Of a stretch of 64,000 nucleotides of DNA, positions 29,655 through 43,234 are shown one piece after another. The stretch's first letter is position 1; every line of letters starts with the position of its first letter. A model generated the notes under the pieces. It saw only the letters and a list, made by a program, of their open reading frames with translations. It did no database searches and was not told the DNA's origin. The DNA lies in assembly GCF_009914755.1 (NCBI RefSeq), contig NC_060938.1; one strand, written 5' to 3'. Both the position numbers and the translations under genes were made by a program. Source of the stretch: the human T2T-CHM13v2.0 reference genome, Homo sapiens.

Positions 29655-29835
29655 AACTTCTCTGTTATATAATAAGAGTTTTTTTTTTTTCATTTAGAAA
29701 CTGGGGAAATAACTATGCTAGCTCCTGTGGTTGTTATGATATTAAATATGTTATAGAACAAATTAATACATGTTAAAACACTGAGCGAGTTCATGGGAAG
29801 TGGGAAATGATCAATATAAATGATATACTATCATT
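29655..29835 (+). mobile_element. MIR fragment
   Basis: CATTTAGAAACTGGGGAAATAA...GGTTGTTATGATATTAAAT...AATACATGTTAAAACACTGAGC. Confidence 0.5.
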
Positions 29836-29986
29836 GTAATAATTATTTATTGTTGCTTTTATTAGGATGAATTTTATTTACAGGCAAACGAGGAGATAAA
29901 ACATAATGTCTCTAAGGCACAGTTTACTACACATCAAACAAAAAAACTACCTAACAAACAGCAATAAACATGGATGTAAGAGATAA

Positions 29987-30280
29987 TTTTTTTTTTGTCT
30001 TTTTGAGACCAGGTCTGTCATTGAGGCTGGAGTGCAGTGGTACAAACACTGCTCACTGAATCCTCAACCTCCTCAGCTCAAACAATACTCCCATCTGAGC
30101 CTCCAGAGTTGCTGGCACTACTGGCATGCACCACCCCACCTGGCCAACTTGTGTATTTTTTCATAGAGGTGGAGTTTCACCACGTTGCCCAGGTTGGTCT
30201 TGAAATCCTGAGCTCAAGTGGTCTGCCCATCTTGGCCTCCTAAAGTGCTCTGGTAACAGACATGAGCCACCACACCCACC
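29987..30280 (-). mobile_element. AluJ (diverged)
   Basis: Antisense Alu with TCCTCAACCTCCTCAGCTCAAACAAT and CCTGAGCTCAAGTGGTC. Confidence 0.9.
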
Positions 30281-31466
30281 CCTTAATCTTTGGTTTGTAT
30301 AAGTTTTTGGCTATCACTGACTTAATATTGGATTTTAGAGTATTTTTACTTCTGAAAAAATTTGCTAGTAGTATGTATTAAACTCAATTCATAAAACAGT
30401 AAAGGTTTAAGACATTTTCAGGACAATTACACTTCAAGTATTTGTCTGGAACCCTAATTTATTCCACAAATAGATATTAATTAATAAATCTTAGGCTTTC
30501 CCTTTCTTTATTTTCTTCCTTTTTTATTTTTCTTTAACATGATATAGAAGAACAAAGAATTACTTTATGACTGAAATGCATCACCTTGGATAAAGCCATG
30601 ATGACTCCCTTATATGATTATTTTAATGTTGTGACTTCCTTCAGAAAAAAGAATATTCGACTGTCTCTGGCATTTTCAGAAAGACTTTGACACAAGGAAA
30701 TAGAATCTTTTTTAACTTTTTATTCATAGTATCATTCTCATTTACGGGATTCCAACTAGTGTTTCTAACTGGTTATATAGAACACAGGGATTATTCAGAC
30801 AAAATATGAATCAAACCATAGTCTGCGCTTGCAGTAGACAAAATGTTTGGATAGTTTGGCTGATTATGATGAAATGATACAACTAGGATCATAAGTCCTT
30901 GGAGCAAAATACTTTAACAGATTGAGGTTTCACTAATGACATACAAATAAATATATTGTGGATTTTTCAGAAACTTTTAACTTTAAGAATGTATGAAATA
31001 AACTATGTGGATGCCAAATCAATTGATAAATGGACAAAAAAAGAATTAACTCTCAAAGTAGTGCTGTCCAATACAAATTTAATGTCAGTCACATGTGTAA
31101 TAAAACATTTTCTAATAGCCACACTGAGAAAACAAAAAGAAAAAGGTAAAATTAATTTTAATAACATATTTTATATAAAACAGTTCTCCAATATATTATT
31201 TCAACATGCACTCAATATAAAGGTATTAACATATTTTATATTTTTATATTAAATCTTTGAAATCTGATTTATAATTTACAATTAAAGCACTTCTTAAATC
31301 AGAAGCTAATTTTGTTTATTGGAAATATTTCATCTGTATTTAGATTTCTTAAAATTTTAGTTTTGCAAAATTATATGCACAAACTCAAGTTGTTCAAAGC
31401 ACTTCTAAAAGTATTGCAAGAACTGAATTATGCTCCCTTAAAAATTTACTTCAATATTTGTTTTCA

Positions 31467-33054
31467 TATGGCCATAGTGTCCAAAGCAATTTACAAATTC
31501 AATGTTATTTCCATCAAACTACAAATGACATTATTCACAGAATTAGAAAAAACTATTTAAAAATTCATATGGAATCCAAAAAATGCTTAAATAAGCAAGA
31601 TATTCCTAAGCAAAAAGAACAACTTTGGAGGCATCACGTTACCCAATTTCAAACTATACTACAAGACTACAGTAACCAAAACAGCATGGTACTGGTACAA
31701 AAACAGACACATAGACCAATGGAACAGAATAGAGAGCTCAGAAATAAAGCCATACACCAAAACCATCTGATCTCTGACAAAGTCAACAAAAATAAGCAAT
31801 AAGGAATGTATTCCCTATTCAATAAATGGTATTGGGATAATTGGCTAGCCATGTGCAGAAGACTGAAACTGGACCTCTTTCTTACAGTATACACAAAAAT
31901 CAACTTATGACGGATTAAGATGGACATAAATGTAAAAGCTAAAACTATTTCTATAAACTGTACAGTTACCTAAGAAATACCTTCTGGACATAGGATCTGG
32001 CAAAGTTTTAATGACGAAGACGTCTAAAGCAATTGCAACATAAACAAAAACTGACAAATGAGACCTTACTAAAATAAAGAGCTTCTTCTGCACAACAAAA
32101 GTAATTATCAACAGAGTAAACAGACAACCTACAGGAAAGGAGAAAATGTTTGCAAACTATGCATCTGACAAAGCTCTAATATCCAGAATCTAGAAGGAAC
32201 AAATTTACAAGCAGAAAACTAACAACTCCTTTAAAAAGTGGGCAATGGAGACTTAACAGACTTTTTCAAAAGAAGACATACATGCAGCCAACAAACGTAT
32301 GGAAAAAAATGCTCAACATCACTAATCATTACAGAAATGCAAATCAAAACCAAAATGAGACACCATTTCACACCAGTCAGAATGCTTATTATTAGGAAGT
32401 AAAAAGTAACAGATGCTGGTGAGGTTGTGGTGAAGAGAGAAAGCTTATGCACTGCCGGTGGGAATGTAAATTAGTTTAGCCACTTTGAAAAGCAGTGTAG
32501 TGATTTCTCAACTTAAAACAGAAGGAATATTTGACCCAGCAATCCCATTATTGAGTGTATACCCAAAGGAATATAAATTATTCTTTTGTAAAGACATATG
32601 TTCATCGCAGCACTATTCACAATAGCAAAGACATTGGATCAACCTAAATCCAATGGTAGAATGGATTAAAAAATGTGGTATGTATACTCCATGGATTACT
32701 ACATAGCCATAAAAAAGAACAAGATTATGTTCTTTGCAGGGACATGGTTGGAGCTGGAGCCCATTATCCTAAACAACCCATTGCAGGAACAGAAAACCAA
32801 ATACTGCATATTCTCACTTACAAGCGGGAGCTAAACTTTGAGTGCACATGGACACAAAGAAAATAACAGACCCTGGGGCCTACTTGAGGGTAAAGGTAAG
32901 AGGAGGGAGAGGATGGAAAAACTAACTCTGGGGTACTGTGCTTATTACCTGGGTGATGAAATAATCTATACACCAAACCCTTGTGACACACAATTTACCT
33001 GTGTAAAAAACTTGCACATGTACACCTGGACCTAAAATAAAAGTCAAAAAAAAA
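31467..33054 (+). mobile_element. 5'-truncated L1 (L1PA15/16-like): ORF2 C-terminal part, 3' UTR and poly(A)
   Basis: ORF2 remnant MAIVSKAIYKFNVISIKLQMTLFTELEKTI; 3' UTR GGGTACTGTGCTTATTACCTGGGTGATGAAATAATCT...CCTAAAATAAAAGTC-A tail. Confidence 0.93.
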
Positions 33055-33130
33055 GTAACAGAGCACTCCTATTTTTCTGTTGTTGTTTTTCATTTTCATG
33101 TAGAATGTAGCTCTTGAACTTATACAACTT

Positions 33131-33294
33131 GGGGGGATGGGGGAGGGATAGCATTAGGAGATATACCTAATGCTAAATGACGAGTTAATGGGTGCAGCAC
33201 ACCAACATGACACATGTATACATATGTAACAAACCTGCATGTTGTGCACATGTACCCTAAAACTTAAAGTATAATAATAATAAAAAAAACAAAA
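33131..33294 (+). mobile_element. Short L1PA3/4-like 3' end
   Basis: GGGAGGGATAGCATTAGGAGATATACCTAATGCTAAATGACGAG...AAAACTTAAAGTATAATAATAA-A tail; short TSD AACTT (33126-33130, 33295-33299). Confidence 0.95.
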
Positions 33295-34386
33295 AACTTT
33301 TTTTACATTTAAGTGTTATCTTAAAAACTTACTGTACAAAAATTTAACTGATTTTCTGTAGAGAGATTTTCCCTGTGTTCTTGGATCCATTTCTTATTCT
33401 TTTGAGACATGTTACCCACTGTGATATTAACATATTGTTATTATTATATGAGTTGGAAGAGCAGGAAACTGATTTTTGCTTCCTAAGGAGAAGTAGAAGA
33501 GATATGTGCCAACGCTTTTATAAAAATTTCCTTGACTTCCAACTTGTACTCCTGGCAGTATAAGTGCTATAGTAACATCTCTTCATATAAGTGGGCTTCT
33601 AAAGAGCTAAAAGATATTTAAGTGAAACATAAATGTATAAATTTACAACTATTCTGAAAAATAAATAATTCACTTAATTTTTAATAAACAGCAAATTAGT
33701 TTCAAATTCCATCTGTCCAAGATAAAGAAATGTACAAACTCTTGTGTCAACTCTAACATTAACATTGATTTTAAAAGATTAATGCCCAAATTAAAAAGCA
33801 ACTTAAAAATTATCAATATCAATACAATTTTTCTTATAGTTTTCAGCCATTTTACATAGCAATGTTAATTAAAATGTTCTGTATTTTGATTATTAGAAAA
33901 ATGTGTAGAATTATTGTTTGTTTATATCTTGAAAAGCTTCAATTTCAACCCAAATCATTTTACCTGTTTAGATCATAAAACAAATTTTCCTTTCTTGGAG
34001 ATTCAAATTTAAATCATTTATATGTAGTCTAATATCTCACACAATTCTTTGCCACTATTAGTGAATATTGAGAAAATATTCATTTTGTTTCAAGAAAGAC
34101 TTGAATTTTAGTTAACTTCAGTAAATCTGTAAAATTCTCTCAGGACTCACTGAACATTGTTAAAGAGCCCAAGATTTTAATATTTTTCAGTAGTTCCATA
34201 GCATTTATAGCATTCTTAGCATTTTCTTCTAAGTAGTTGACAGTTTAACAGCTATATCTATGACACTTTTCTTACAATCTTTTCCAGAAAACTAAGAATA
34301 TTTTTAATGTGCATCACACAGTGAAACAAAGCTATAAGACAGTTTATTGGGATAGAATTAATTTTTTTTCTTTACCTGAAATTCTT

Positions 34387-34445
34387 CCTTGAAAACCACA
34401 AATGCATTTTTGGAGAGTTGAAAATTTTTGGAGAGTTGAAAATTT
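34387..34445. repeat. 18-bp tandem duplication (ATTTTTGGAGAGTTGAAA x2, ~34406-34441) within the Charlie fossil
   Basis: Directly visible. Confidence 0.85.
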
Positions 34446-36030
34446 AAAAATTATCTTTATAGATTTCGAAGTCTTTTTAGTTAATGTGTACCCAAAGTAC
34501 TAATCAGGCAGTGTCTTTATATTACATAATGAATGCAAATCTAAAAAGAAGTACTTACAGTTGTTCAAATTTTGAAGTAATTGATGCTTGATATTATTAA
34601 TAAGATCTTGTAGTCCACAGGAAATTATTTGGTGGCTTAACTAAAGGTCATTCGCATCTTGCAAAATAAAGTTATTTTAAGTCTTCCCTACATGATCTTC
34701 TAACAAAACTTATATAAGTGAAATAATAATTTCATTTACTGTCTCTCCGTCTGAGATTTTATTCTTTTTTTCATATTTACCTTTTTGTGCAAGAATCCAA
34801 ATAACTTCTAGCTGGCCCAAGGTATAAGCTTAAATGGTTAAAGAGTATTTAAATAATTTTGTTGAATATTTAATTATAATTGCAATAATTGATTTCATTT
34901 TTTTTACTATTGAGAGGAAACCTCTTATAAAATCATTAGGTACTTGCTGAAAATATTTCTTAGCATTGTCTACTATCTAGTTTGTTTTTTCCTTTTTTGA
35001 GCAACAAGAACTTTTCATTTGTTTTGCTTTTTATCAGCAAATTGCAGTATGCCTTCATAGTGAAATTTATGACGTACTTTGTTCTAATCACTTTTATACT
35101 TGAGATACGTTGTCAGGAACTTTCAGGTCATATTACTTGGTTCTGCATCTTCACTTAATTCTGCATCGGTAACAGTTTTTTCCTTAAAATTTAAAAGTTG
35201 TCTATATTTACTTTTTAAACTAGGAAAATAATTATTGCTAAAAATCAGTAATTGAATTTAAATGCTAACTACAATTACATAGATATAATTGTAACTCTGG
35301 CTCTCTGCATAAATTATTCAAATAAATGTTTTGCAATGTTATTTCAGTGCATAGCAAAACTTATCTGATTAAATCAACCCATTAACACTGACTATATCAG
35401 TGATATATTTATGTGCAATACTAGATATAAGGCAAGTGCCTAACTTGTACACACTGATACCACAATGATACCTTTCATGATGCAATGGTTAAAGTGAAAT
35501 TTAGACCTACCAAAACAAAAAAGATGTGCTTAACATAAACTCACAATGTTTCCATTTTTAATTTTTAAAGTTACATTTAAATGAATTAAATGAAATAAAA
35601 TTAAAATTTAGTTTCTTATTTACACTAGCTAGAGTTTATGGGCTCAACATTCACGTGTGTCCAGTTGCTCTTATAACGGACCATGCAGCTCAGGTTATTT
35701 AAAGAGCATGTAAATTTTTTTTACGTGGTTGAGTTGAAGATGAGAAAATTTCTCATATGTACTTTCTCATTTGTAATTTTAGTCAATTGAATCTAAATGA
35801 TATGTGTGTGGAGAAGGAACATAATCATGTCCTTGATGGTTCTTGATGACTAGTCTAGGAATCTTTATGGTTGAGTTTGATATTAAAGGTTCTGAGGGCT
35901 CTTTGGGTGTCTCTCAATCACAGGTTTCCCACATATCAGATGACAGGAATTAAACATATCTATCTTTAATAAGTCCTCAATAAAGTAATAGACATAATTA
36001 CAAGTATCACTATTGGCAACTGACTTAAAT

Positions 36031-36253
36031 CAGTGGTCTCTGATCTTTTGGCTTCCCTGAGGCACATTGGAAGAATTGTCTTGGGCCATACATAAAATAC
36101 ACTGACACCAACAATAGCTGATGAGCTAAAAATATATATATGTAGTCAAAAAATCTCATAATGTTATTAAAAAGTTTGCAAATTTGTGTTGGGCCACATT
36201 CAAAGCCATTCTGGGCTGCTTGTGGCCTCTTGGCTGCAGATTGGACAAACTTG
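36031..36253 (+). mobile_element. MER30 (hAT-Charlie MITE), full length
   Basis: CAGTGGTCTCTGATCTTTTGGCTTCCCTG...TTGGACAAACTTG; perfect 8-bp TSD ACTTAAAT (36023-36030, 36254-36261). Confidence 0.95.
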
Positions 36254-37679
36254 ACTTAAATAATAGGCAAGGGACACCTTGAGACAGTGATATTATTTTT
36301 ATGCAGATTTTAATGCTTTGGATTAAAGGCAAAACATCCTAAAGATGTATTAGCTCTGTTTACTTCTGTTTCACCACAAATCTGCATTTCCAATTTGAAT
36401 AACTTCTTTTTTTTGCAACTTTGTGTTTTTATCTCACTTTTTTTGTTGTTAAAAACTTTCTCAAGCACCCAATTAAACTAAATGTAATTGTTTTCATTCT
36501 GATGCTTTTGTAAATAATTGTTTTTGAAATATTTATTCAGGATAGACTGGATAAATAAAACTTTGGATGGACAAAAATTAATGGGAGGTTGTAAATGGAA
36601 TTACAAAAAAAATATAAGTTGCTCTCTGGGAATATTTTTACTGGAAGAGACAAATTCTGGAGATGGCATGATTAATAGATATCATTAGTTTACAAAGGCT
36701 GAAAATCAAGGTTACCTAATGGCCAATTCACTCCTCAGAACAGCCCTGGCCAGAATCAATATGAAAATGATCATTCTTTCTTCATTTGAGAGAAGCATGA
36801 AGTGCAGTGTCTGTGTAAATGTGTGTGGTGGTGAGGGCCAGGGGTGGACTGGAATGGGCCCAGAGCAGAACAAACACAGGCATCACATGCAGGCTTTTAT
36901 TTGTGGTATTTTCAAGGTATTTAATACCAGACAGAAGACTTTGGCTTCATCTTCCTTGAGTCTAGTTGCTGTGGAACATAGTAAAGTTTAACAAATAAAT
37001 GATAATGGAAGCATGTGTCCCTTGGGAAACCAGAGAAATAAAAATGAATGCTACCTTTCCCATTGTTGGTAAACAGACCGATGACCTCTGCAAATTTAAG
37101 TAAGAGAAATCTATTAAATAAATTAATTCACCTTTACTATATCTAGCAAAGCTTCAATTTAAAATGGAATATTTTCACACAATTTCTACAAAAAGATAGA
37201 AATTACATAAAATCGACTTTCATAAAATATTAAATATTTCTTGAATTAGGAAATAAATATCTATGTTAAAATGTGTCTTACTCTCCTGGTCACCTTGGAC
37301 AGATAACTTCTCTGGTCCTTTAGCGTCCTTATGTATTTAATAGTATCTACTGATATTTAATATTAGAATTATATAAGCATGTAGCAAAGAGCCAGGTAGA
37401 CAATGAAAAACTAAATATAACTAAATAACTATCATATTTATTTTTGTAGTCAATGACATTATTATTGGATAGTATAATTAACTCAAATATAGAAAAATAG
37501 TGAATCAATGTAGTATACTGTATATATGTGTGTGTGTACATATATATAACACATGTATGTGTATGTTAGATAGTATAGTATATGCTATTCTATAGCATGT
37601 TTATTAGAGAGATCTATTATATTATTAAATATAATGAATAAAAAGTTCATTTCTCCAAACTGTGAAATATAGTAGCAAG

Positions 37680-37850
37680 AGCACTACCCATTTATCTGAA
37701 GTCTTGATTTCCAGTTCAGCTTTATTATTTGTTAATTTTATGATTTAGGCAAGTGATTTGCCTTCTGTTAGCCTCAACTTCTTCTCCAGAAAAAATAGAA
37801 TTAGTAATATCCTTTCTGGACTTCTAAAAAGGCTTCTTGAAATATTCAAA
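37680..37850 (+). mobile_element. MIR fragment
   Basis: TGATTTAGGCAAGTGATTTGCCTTCTGTTAGCCTCAACTTCTTC...AAAATAGAATTAGTAATA. Confidence 0.55.
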
Positions 37851-38084
37851 TAAAAAAGTAGATAGAAAAGTATTTTATATTTATGTGAAACTTTCCAATT
37901 TTCAAATATTATTATCAAAAATATCATATTAGGTAGGGAGAGCGGGTAAAACAGGTCACTAAGACTATAGAATTAAGATAGAAATTAAAGAAATTAAGGA
38001 ACAGCTAGTATATAGCTGTCAGAATGAAAGGAGGGATACTTTTACTCTCTTTAGACCTGCCTGGAGCAAGTCATGACAACTAGT

Positions 38085-38250
38085 AGAGAGGAAGTCAAAA
38101 TGGTTCCAGATTTAAATTCAAGTGCTGTCACTAACTAATGGCCTACTGGGCGTAATACCTAGCTTACAGGGTTGTTTTAAATGTAAAAGAAAATGTGTTT
38201 TTTAAGCACTTAATACAGTGGCTGGCACATAGCTCTCAATAATTGTAACT
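38085..38250 (+). mobile_element. MIR with central deletion
   Basis: TAATACCTAGCTTACAGGGTTGTT...TAAGCACTTAATACAGTGGCTGGCACATAG. Confidence 0.7.
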
Positions 38251-41174
38251 AATAAAAATTAATTATGGAGTAATCCCACATGCACGTTAAAAAAATCTAG
38301 AGATTTACCATGCTTTAGTCAATAAAAAGGCAGAATTTCAGAGATATGTGGATCATATGGAAATATCTGTCCCAATGATTCAGTATGGCAATACAGTCAA
38401 TGCAACTATAATAAATTAAAACCAGATTCATCATACCTATAAAAGTAAATACAACCAGCAATAATGACAAATATGAATCACACTGTTAGAGTCTGCCTCT
38501 GAATCGAAATTGCTTGGCCAGGTAGCACCTCATTAATTCTCTTACCCTCAAGATAAATGAACCAATTTTATAATCTTAAGAGCACCGAATTATATTTCAG
38601 AAAATAATCAGAATTATTGATAGAAAAGAACATACTTGAAATCTCCCTGATTCCAAAAGGCTTTACATTTCAATGCAAACCCAAGGCATTTTTAGAGGTT
38701 GAATTCTATTTATGGCTGGATTTACAAAAAAAAATCTTGGTTAAAAAGTAAAGGATTGAAATGTCTCATAAAAGGGCACTTGGACATCAAATGACTCTTA
38801 CTTGACTGTCTTTTGATGACTTTAATATGAATTAATCACAGACATAGAGGTAAAATTTCCCTTGAAATACAGATTGAGTTTTTAAATTCATAGGATAATA
38901 TGCTTGGAACAAATTCCCTTTGAGAAGGCAACTATAAAGTTCGGGTATTTTCAAGTACTGTTTTGCACCAAATCTGACAGAAAACAGGGCACATTCTACA
39001 GAAGCAACCAGAAAAAGAGATTTGTCTTTTACTAAAATTCTTTTGGATTTGCTCCTGGAATTTAATGATTAACATTGGCCTGTGGAAGGCAGGATATCGG
39101 AGTCATGTAAAATGTGGGTTGAATTTGATGATGCACAAGTTTCAGAAAGAGCTCGGAGAAGACGATGGTTCTCTGAGGTGCTAGAGGAGTGGGTTATTTA
39201 ATTTGGAAATGAAGTCTGAAGAAAAGCTTGTATGTAAACCGCATGGTATTATCGCTAAGCAAAACTGAGGGTAAGATTGAATCCTCTACCCATGCAATAT
39301 GAAAGCGTCACATATTACATGTTGAAAGTGTTGAATTTACATGAAAGATTTCATTTTGGGGCATAAAACTAAATTGTTGCCCTGCCAGATGATCTTGAAA
39401 CTAACCATACTTGGTGATAATATTTTTACAGGCAAATGTCTCTAACTATAATCAAAGATAACGCAGCACAATTTAGATAGAATATTGGAAACTAGAGAAA
39501 TCCTGTGAAATTATTACTAGAATAGTTTTTCACATTGTCTTCCCTTTGGAGGTTTTTCTCCCATGAGTTTTCAGGCAAAAAATGATGAAGAGGATGAGGA
39601 AAAGGAAAATGATGCTGATGGGGGTGGTAGTGATGATGACAATACGATTATAGCTGTGTTCTTACATGAGTTGAACTAGTCAATAGAAAGTTTCTTTATC
39701 TCAACGCTTTTCTAAACATTCATAACTTTTCTTGCACAGAAAATTATGTATTTGTTACCTAATTTAATATTATTAGAGAATAATCCAACTGTGGATGCAT
39801 AATTGAAAACTTCCAGTGCCTCATCTCAAATATATTTTTACATGGGCGCAGCCTACATAAATTCACTAGGAACATTCCATTCAGTAAGAAGAATTCAACC
39901 TCTCCTAGCTTTTCTTTTATTCTTAGTACAGCAACCAATTTGTGTATGTTTTCAACATTAGATCCAGTGTAATAACAATGTCTGCATTTTGAGACACGAA
40001 ATTACCCAGAAATCACACCAATAATTTGTCTAAACTTAGAGCCTTTAGACAAAATCAACCTATTTTGTTTTCCCATCTATGGAAATCTTACTCAACTGAA
40101 ACACAGTGTGGAGTTTTACTAGACTTATTGACCACTGAATACTCTTTTTCCATACCCTTCTATCAAAATCTATTATTTTATTAGCCCTCCTTCTTTTTTT
40201 ATTCCTTAGGTAAAAATGTCTGGTTGTTTAAAGTATGATCTTTTTAAAAGATAGTTGCATTTCAGCATTTCACCAAGAGATAAAGCCTGCATTAAAATAA
40301 TCAGGGAAATAAAATATCAGCAGCAAAGCATAACATTTTGGTGGGGAAGGACATGAGCTGAAATTCCCTTAAGGTCAGAGTATAGGAAAAAAACTGATTA
40401 TTATACGTATCTGGACTTCATTTCTGCTTCGTAACTTGATCTCCATGTATATGTAAGAAATAACTATGCCTCAGTAAGCCTTGTTGTAATGACTAGACAG
40501 TGCATGTGAAAATTCTAGTCAATTCTTCGAAGATGATAGATTTTCAGTATGTATGAGTATCCAGTTCTTCCCAGTACATTATGCTTGAAAAGCAGTTGCA
40601 AGCATCTGACTACATTATTCAGTTATATAGCCAGAATGACTTCAACATTTTCCTTTTGTCCTAACAGATGGATGATATGTTGGTCAGAAAGCCTAGAGAT
40701 AGATTCTTTTTTGCTCAAATAAGTTTTAGATATAAATCTTGTCTTCAAGTTTTCAGTGTCATGAACTAATTCATTTCTCTGTTGTAGGCAAATTACTTTT
40801 TCTGGTTGGACATGCTTCTCTTTAGAGTTCAAACACTGCTAGGTCTCTAAAATTCCATATACTCTTTTAATCTACATACACAGGGCTTTCTTCAGTTCAG
40901 GGAATGTATCTTTTTAAAAATTATTTCTTCCTTATCCTTCTTTTCTACTTTCATAACGTCTATTAGGGATATTACATTTCTAGATATACCCAAGTGTAAT
41001 CTCTTTCTTTATGATTTTTATCTCTTGATATTTAAGTTAACCATATTCTTCTATTTATGTGCTTAATTGCTTTAATGAAAAATCATGTTTTTAGCTCGAA
41101 GAGGTATACTTCAGGACAAGAGAGGGCTATATTTGAATCTATAATTTAAAATCTCTAAATCTCTTATGAGTTTT

Positions 41175-41800
41175 CCTTTTTAACTTTGTATATAAAGAGT
41201 ATAACATATATAAAATGCACACTTGTAAGTGAGCAACTAAATTTATTTTACATATATGTATATATATATAACATATATATACACAAATTGTAATCAACAC
41301 ACAGAAGAGCATATAGAATAATCATCCCAGAAGCTTCTTTTATTCCTTACATGGTGCTTCCCTCCAAAACTACCATTCTGACATCAGCCATCATTGAATA
41401 GTTTTGCCTCTTTTTGATTTCCTATAAGTGGAATCTTACAGTAGACTGTATCTGGCTTATAGAATTATGTTTACAGTATTCATCCACATTGTTCTACATA
41501 GCAGTAATTTACCATTGCAGTGTTTTACTACACTGTAAAAAGACAACATACATACAAACATTAATAAAACATCCATATATTCTATTGTTGATGGAGAGTT
41601 AGGTTGCTTCAAGTTTTTGGTTATTATGCACTATGAACATTTTGCACATGTTTTGTGGAAAACATGTTTCTCATTACTGTCGGAATTCTGGAGTAAAATT
41701 GCTAGACCATTTTGGATAGGTATTTTCACCACTAGAAGATAGCACCACTTTTCTATTTTGGTTGCATTAATTTTTATTCTTATCATCAGTGTAAAAAATG
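41175..41800 (-). mobile_element. Old L1M 3' end (flanked by more divergent L1-like sequence ~40700-42550)
   Basis: ATAAAATGCACACTTGTAAGTG, ATTCTATTGTTGATGGAGAGTTAGGTTGCTTCAAGTTTTTGG. Confidence 0.7.
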
Positions 41801-43234
41801 AATATTAAATATTCTTATTATTTTTAATTCAATTTAATTTCTATTCTTCCTTAAAGTGCCTGTTAAGACAGTGTATTTTCTGTTACTTCTGACGAATCTG
41901 ATTTATTGCTGTTGAGATTTTTTAACGGGTTGTTATTATTTTTGGCCAACATATTAGGACTCAAGTCTTATTGAAGTTCCGTAAGTGACAGGAACTAAAG
42001 AAGTGGAAAAGGAGATGTTCTCTCTCCATGTGGGCTGTTGACAGAATGACCATGACTCTGCTGAGGCACCCGGAATATGGCACCAAACTCCCTTGCTTAC
42101 GTGTGCTCTTCAGTTTTAGGGTCATAGAGATCTTAGTCTATAATAAGTTAGTTTTTGGCTTAGGCAGACTAAGCACAATTACACTGGGACAATGTCAGCC
42201 TCTACAGTGAGGTCAACAGGTAACTGTAAGCCAAAGTCTTCCTACCGTGAGGAAATGTTTTCAACCCTCTTCACAAGGCTTTAATTCTAGAATTCAAGTG
42301 CCACTCTTATTCACAAGTAAAAGAACCACACTATTCTTTCCATTTAACTGTAGTAAGCTATTGATGTTTCTTAGAGCAATATTTCTTTCAGCATGGTAGT
42401 TACGCTGACAAACCTGCCCCCTCTCTCGAACACATTCTATGTTCTACATTTCTTTCAAATGGCCTAAAAGTTTTATTTTTTATTTAATGCTGAGAAGAAG
42501 CAGTAACATTTTATGCTTATAATTTATTCAGTTACCATCAGAATGATTTTCTCTTTTTAGAGACAAATACTGAATTTGTGCGATATTGAAAGAAGAGATA
42601 TTTCAAGCTGCACCTTGTACCTGTTTGACTTATACAATGACAAGTAAAATTGTTTATAAGATCATATGTATTTGGACAGCCAGAAAAGAATGTCAATTGT
42701 TAAGTACAAGTGGTAATGTTTGCTTGATCTCACCCTAAGCCTCTTGCTAGTGGCTGACTTTTCAATAATATTGTATTATAAACAAAATGCAGTCAAATGT
42801 TGATCTCTGGAGCCACTTGAGGTTTTACAGCTTTCTGAAACCTATCATAAAATGTAGACTTGCGTATTTCCCTTGATATATTTCTTGTAGCTCAGTTTAT
42901 GGATGGTTTATAAATCATTATATATATGTATATATGTGCAGAAATATGGATGAAATATAATCACATATATTCCTTCTTCCACTATATAATTCTAAGAATA
43001 AGTTAACCAATGCTCTGTACATAAGTTGGAGGTTAATTTTACTTGCAATCAGTTTTGGTCTAGAATATTAATTCAAGATGTTCTCTATTCTAGCCATCTC
43101 CCAAGAGTAAGAAGTTTTAAATCATAAGCACATAAACCTGAAACTATCCCAAACAGTAATTCATTAATCACATGCTCAGAAAATATCTCTCTATTTCAGG
43201 GCTTTGGAAGTAGAAAATATAAATGTAGAACAAT

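Larger units (their letters stand above)
31244..35180 (-). pseudogene. Decayed hAT (Charlie/GTF2IRD2-type) transposase ORF, in pieces ~35180-33660 and ~31460-31244
   Basis: Manual translation: WILAQK..SDGETVNEIII (34799-34720); LSHQIISCGLQDLINNIKHQLLQNLNNCKYFFLDL (from 34640); HCVMH (34323-34309); LHINDLNLNLQ (~34027-33995); LLEVL*TT*VCAYNF..KKSKYR..LASDLRSAL..DFKDLI* (31411-31244). Many stops and frameshifts. Confidence 0.8.
31059..35688 (-). mobile_element. Near-full-length fossil hAT-Charlie DNA transposon (Charlie5-like; MER33/MER3-type ends), split by L1 insertions
   Basis: Left TIR TAGTGCTGTCCAATA (31059) followed by MER33-like sequence; MER3-like right end finishing TAACGGACCATGCAG (35688); decayed transposase motifs on the minus strand between them. 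Confidence 0.82.

Noticed and set aside
30590-30990. Possible CR1/L3 RT remnant (TTTCAGAAAGACTTTGACA resembles the DFxKAFD motif)
   Set aside because: Too short and degenerate to support by eye
31458-32460. L1 ORF2 as a functional CDS
   Set aside because: 5'-truncated with multiple stops and frameshifts
34150-35185. Apparent run of minus-strand spliced exons with GT/AG signals
   Set aside because: Several implied introns are only ~45-60 nt, and the peptides join into a continuous intronless hAT transposase fossil
31051-35696. 8-bp TSD for the Charlie element
   Set aside because: The flanks TCTCAAAG and CTCAGGTT do not match well enough to claim
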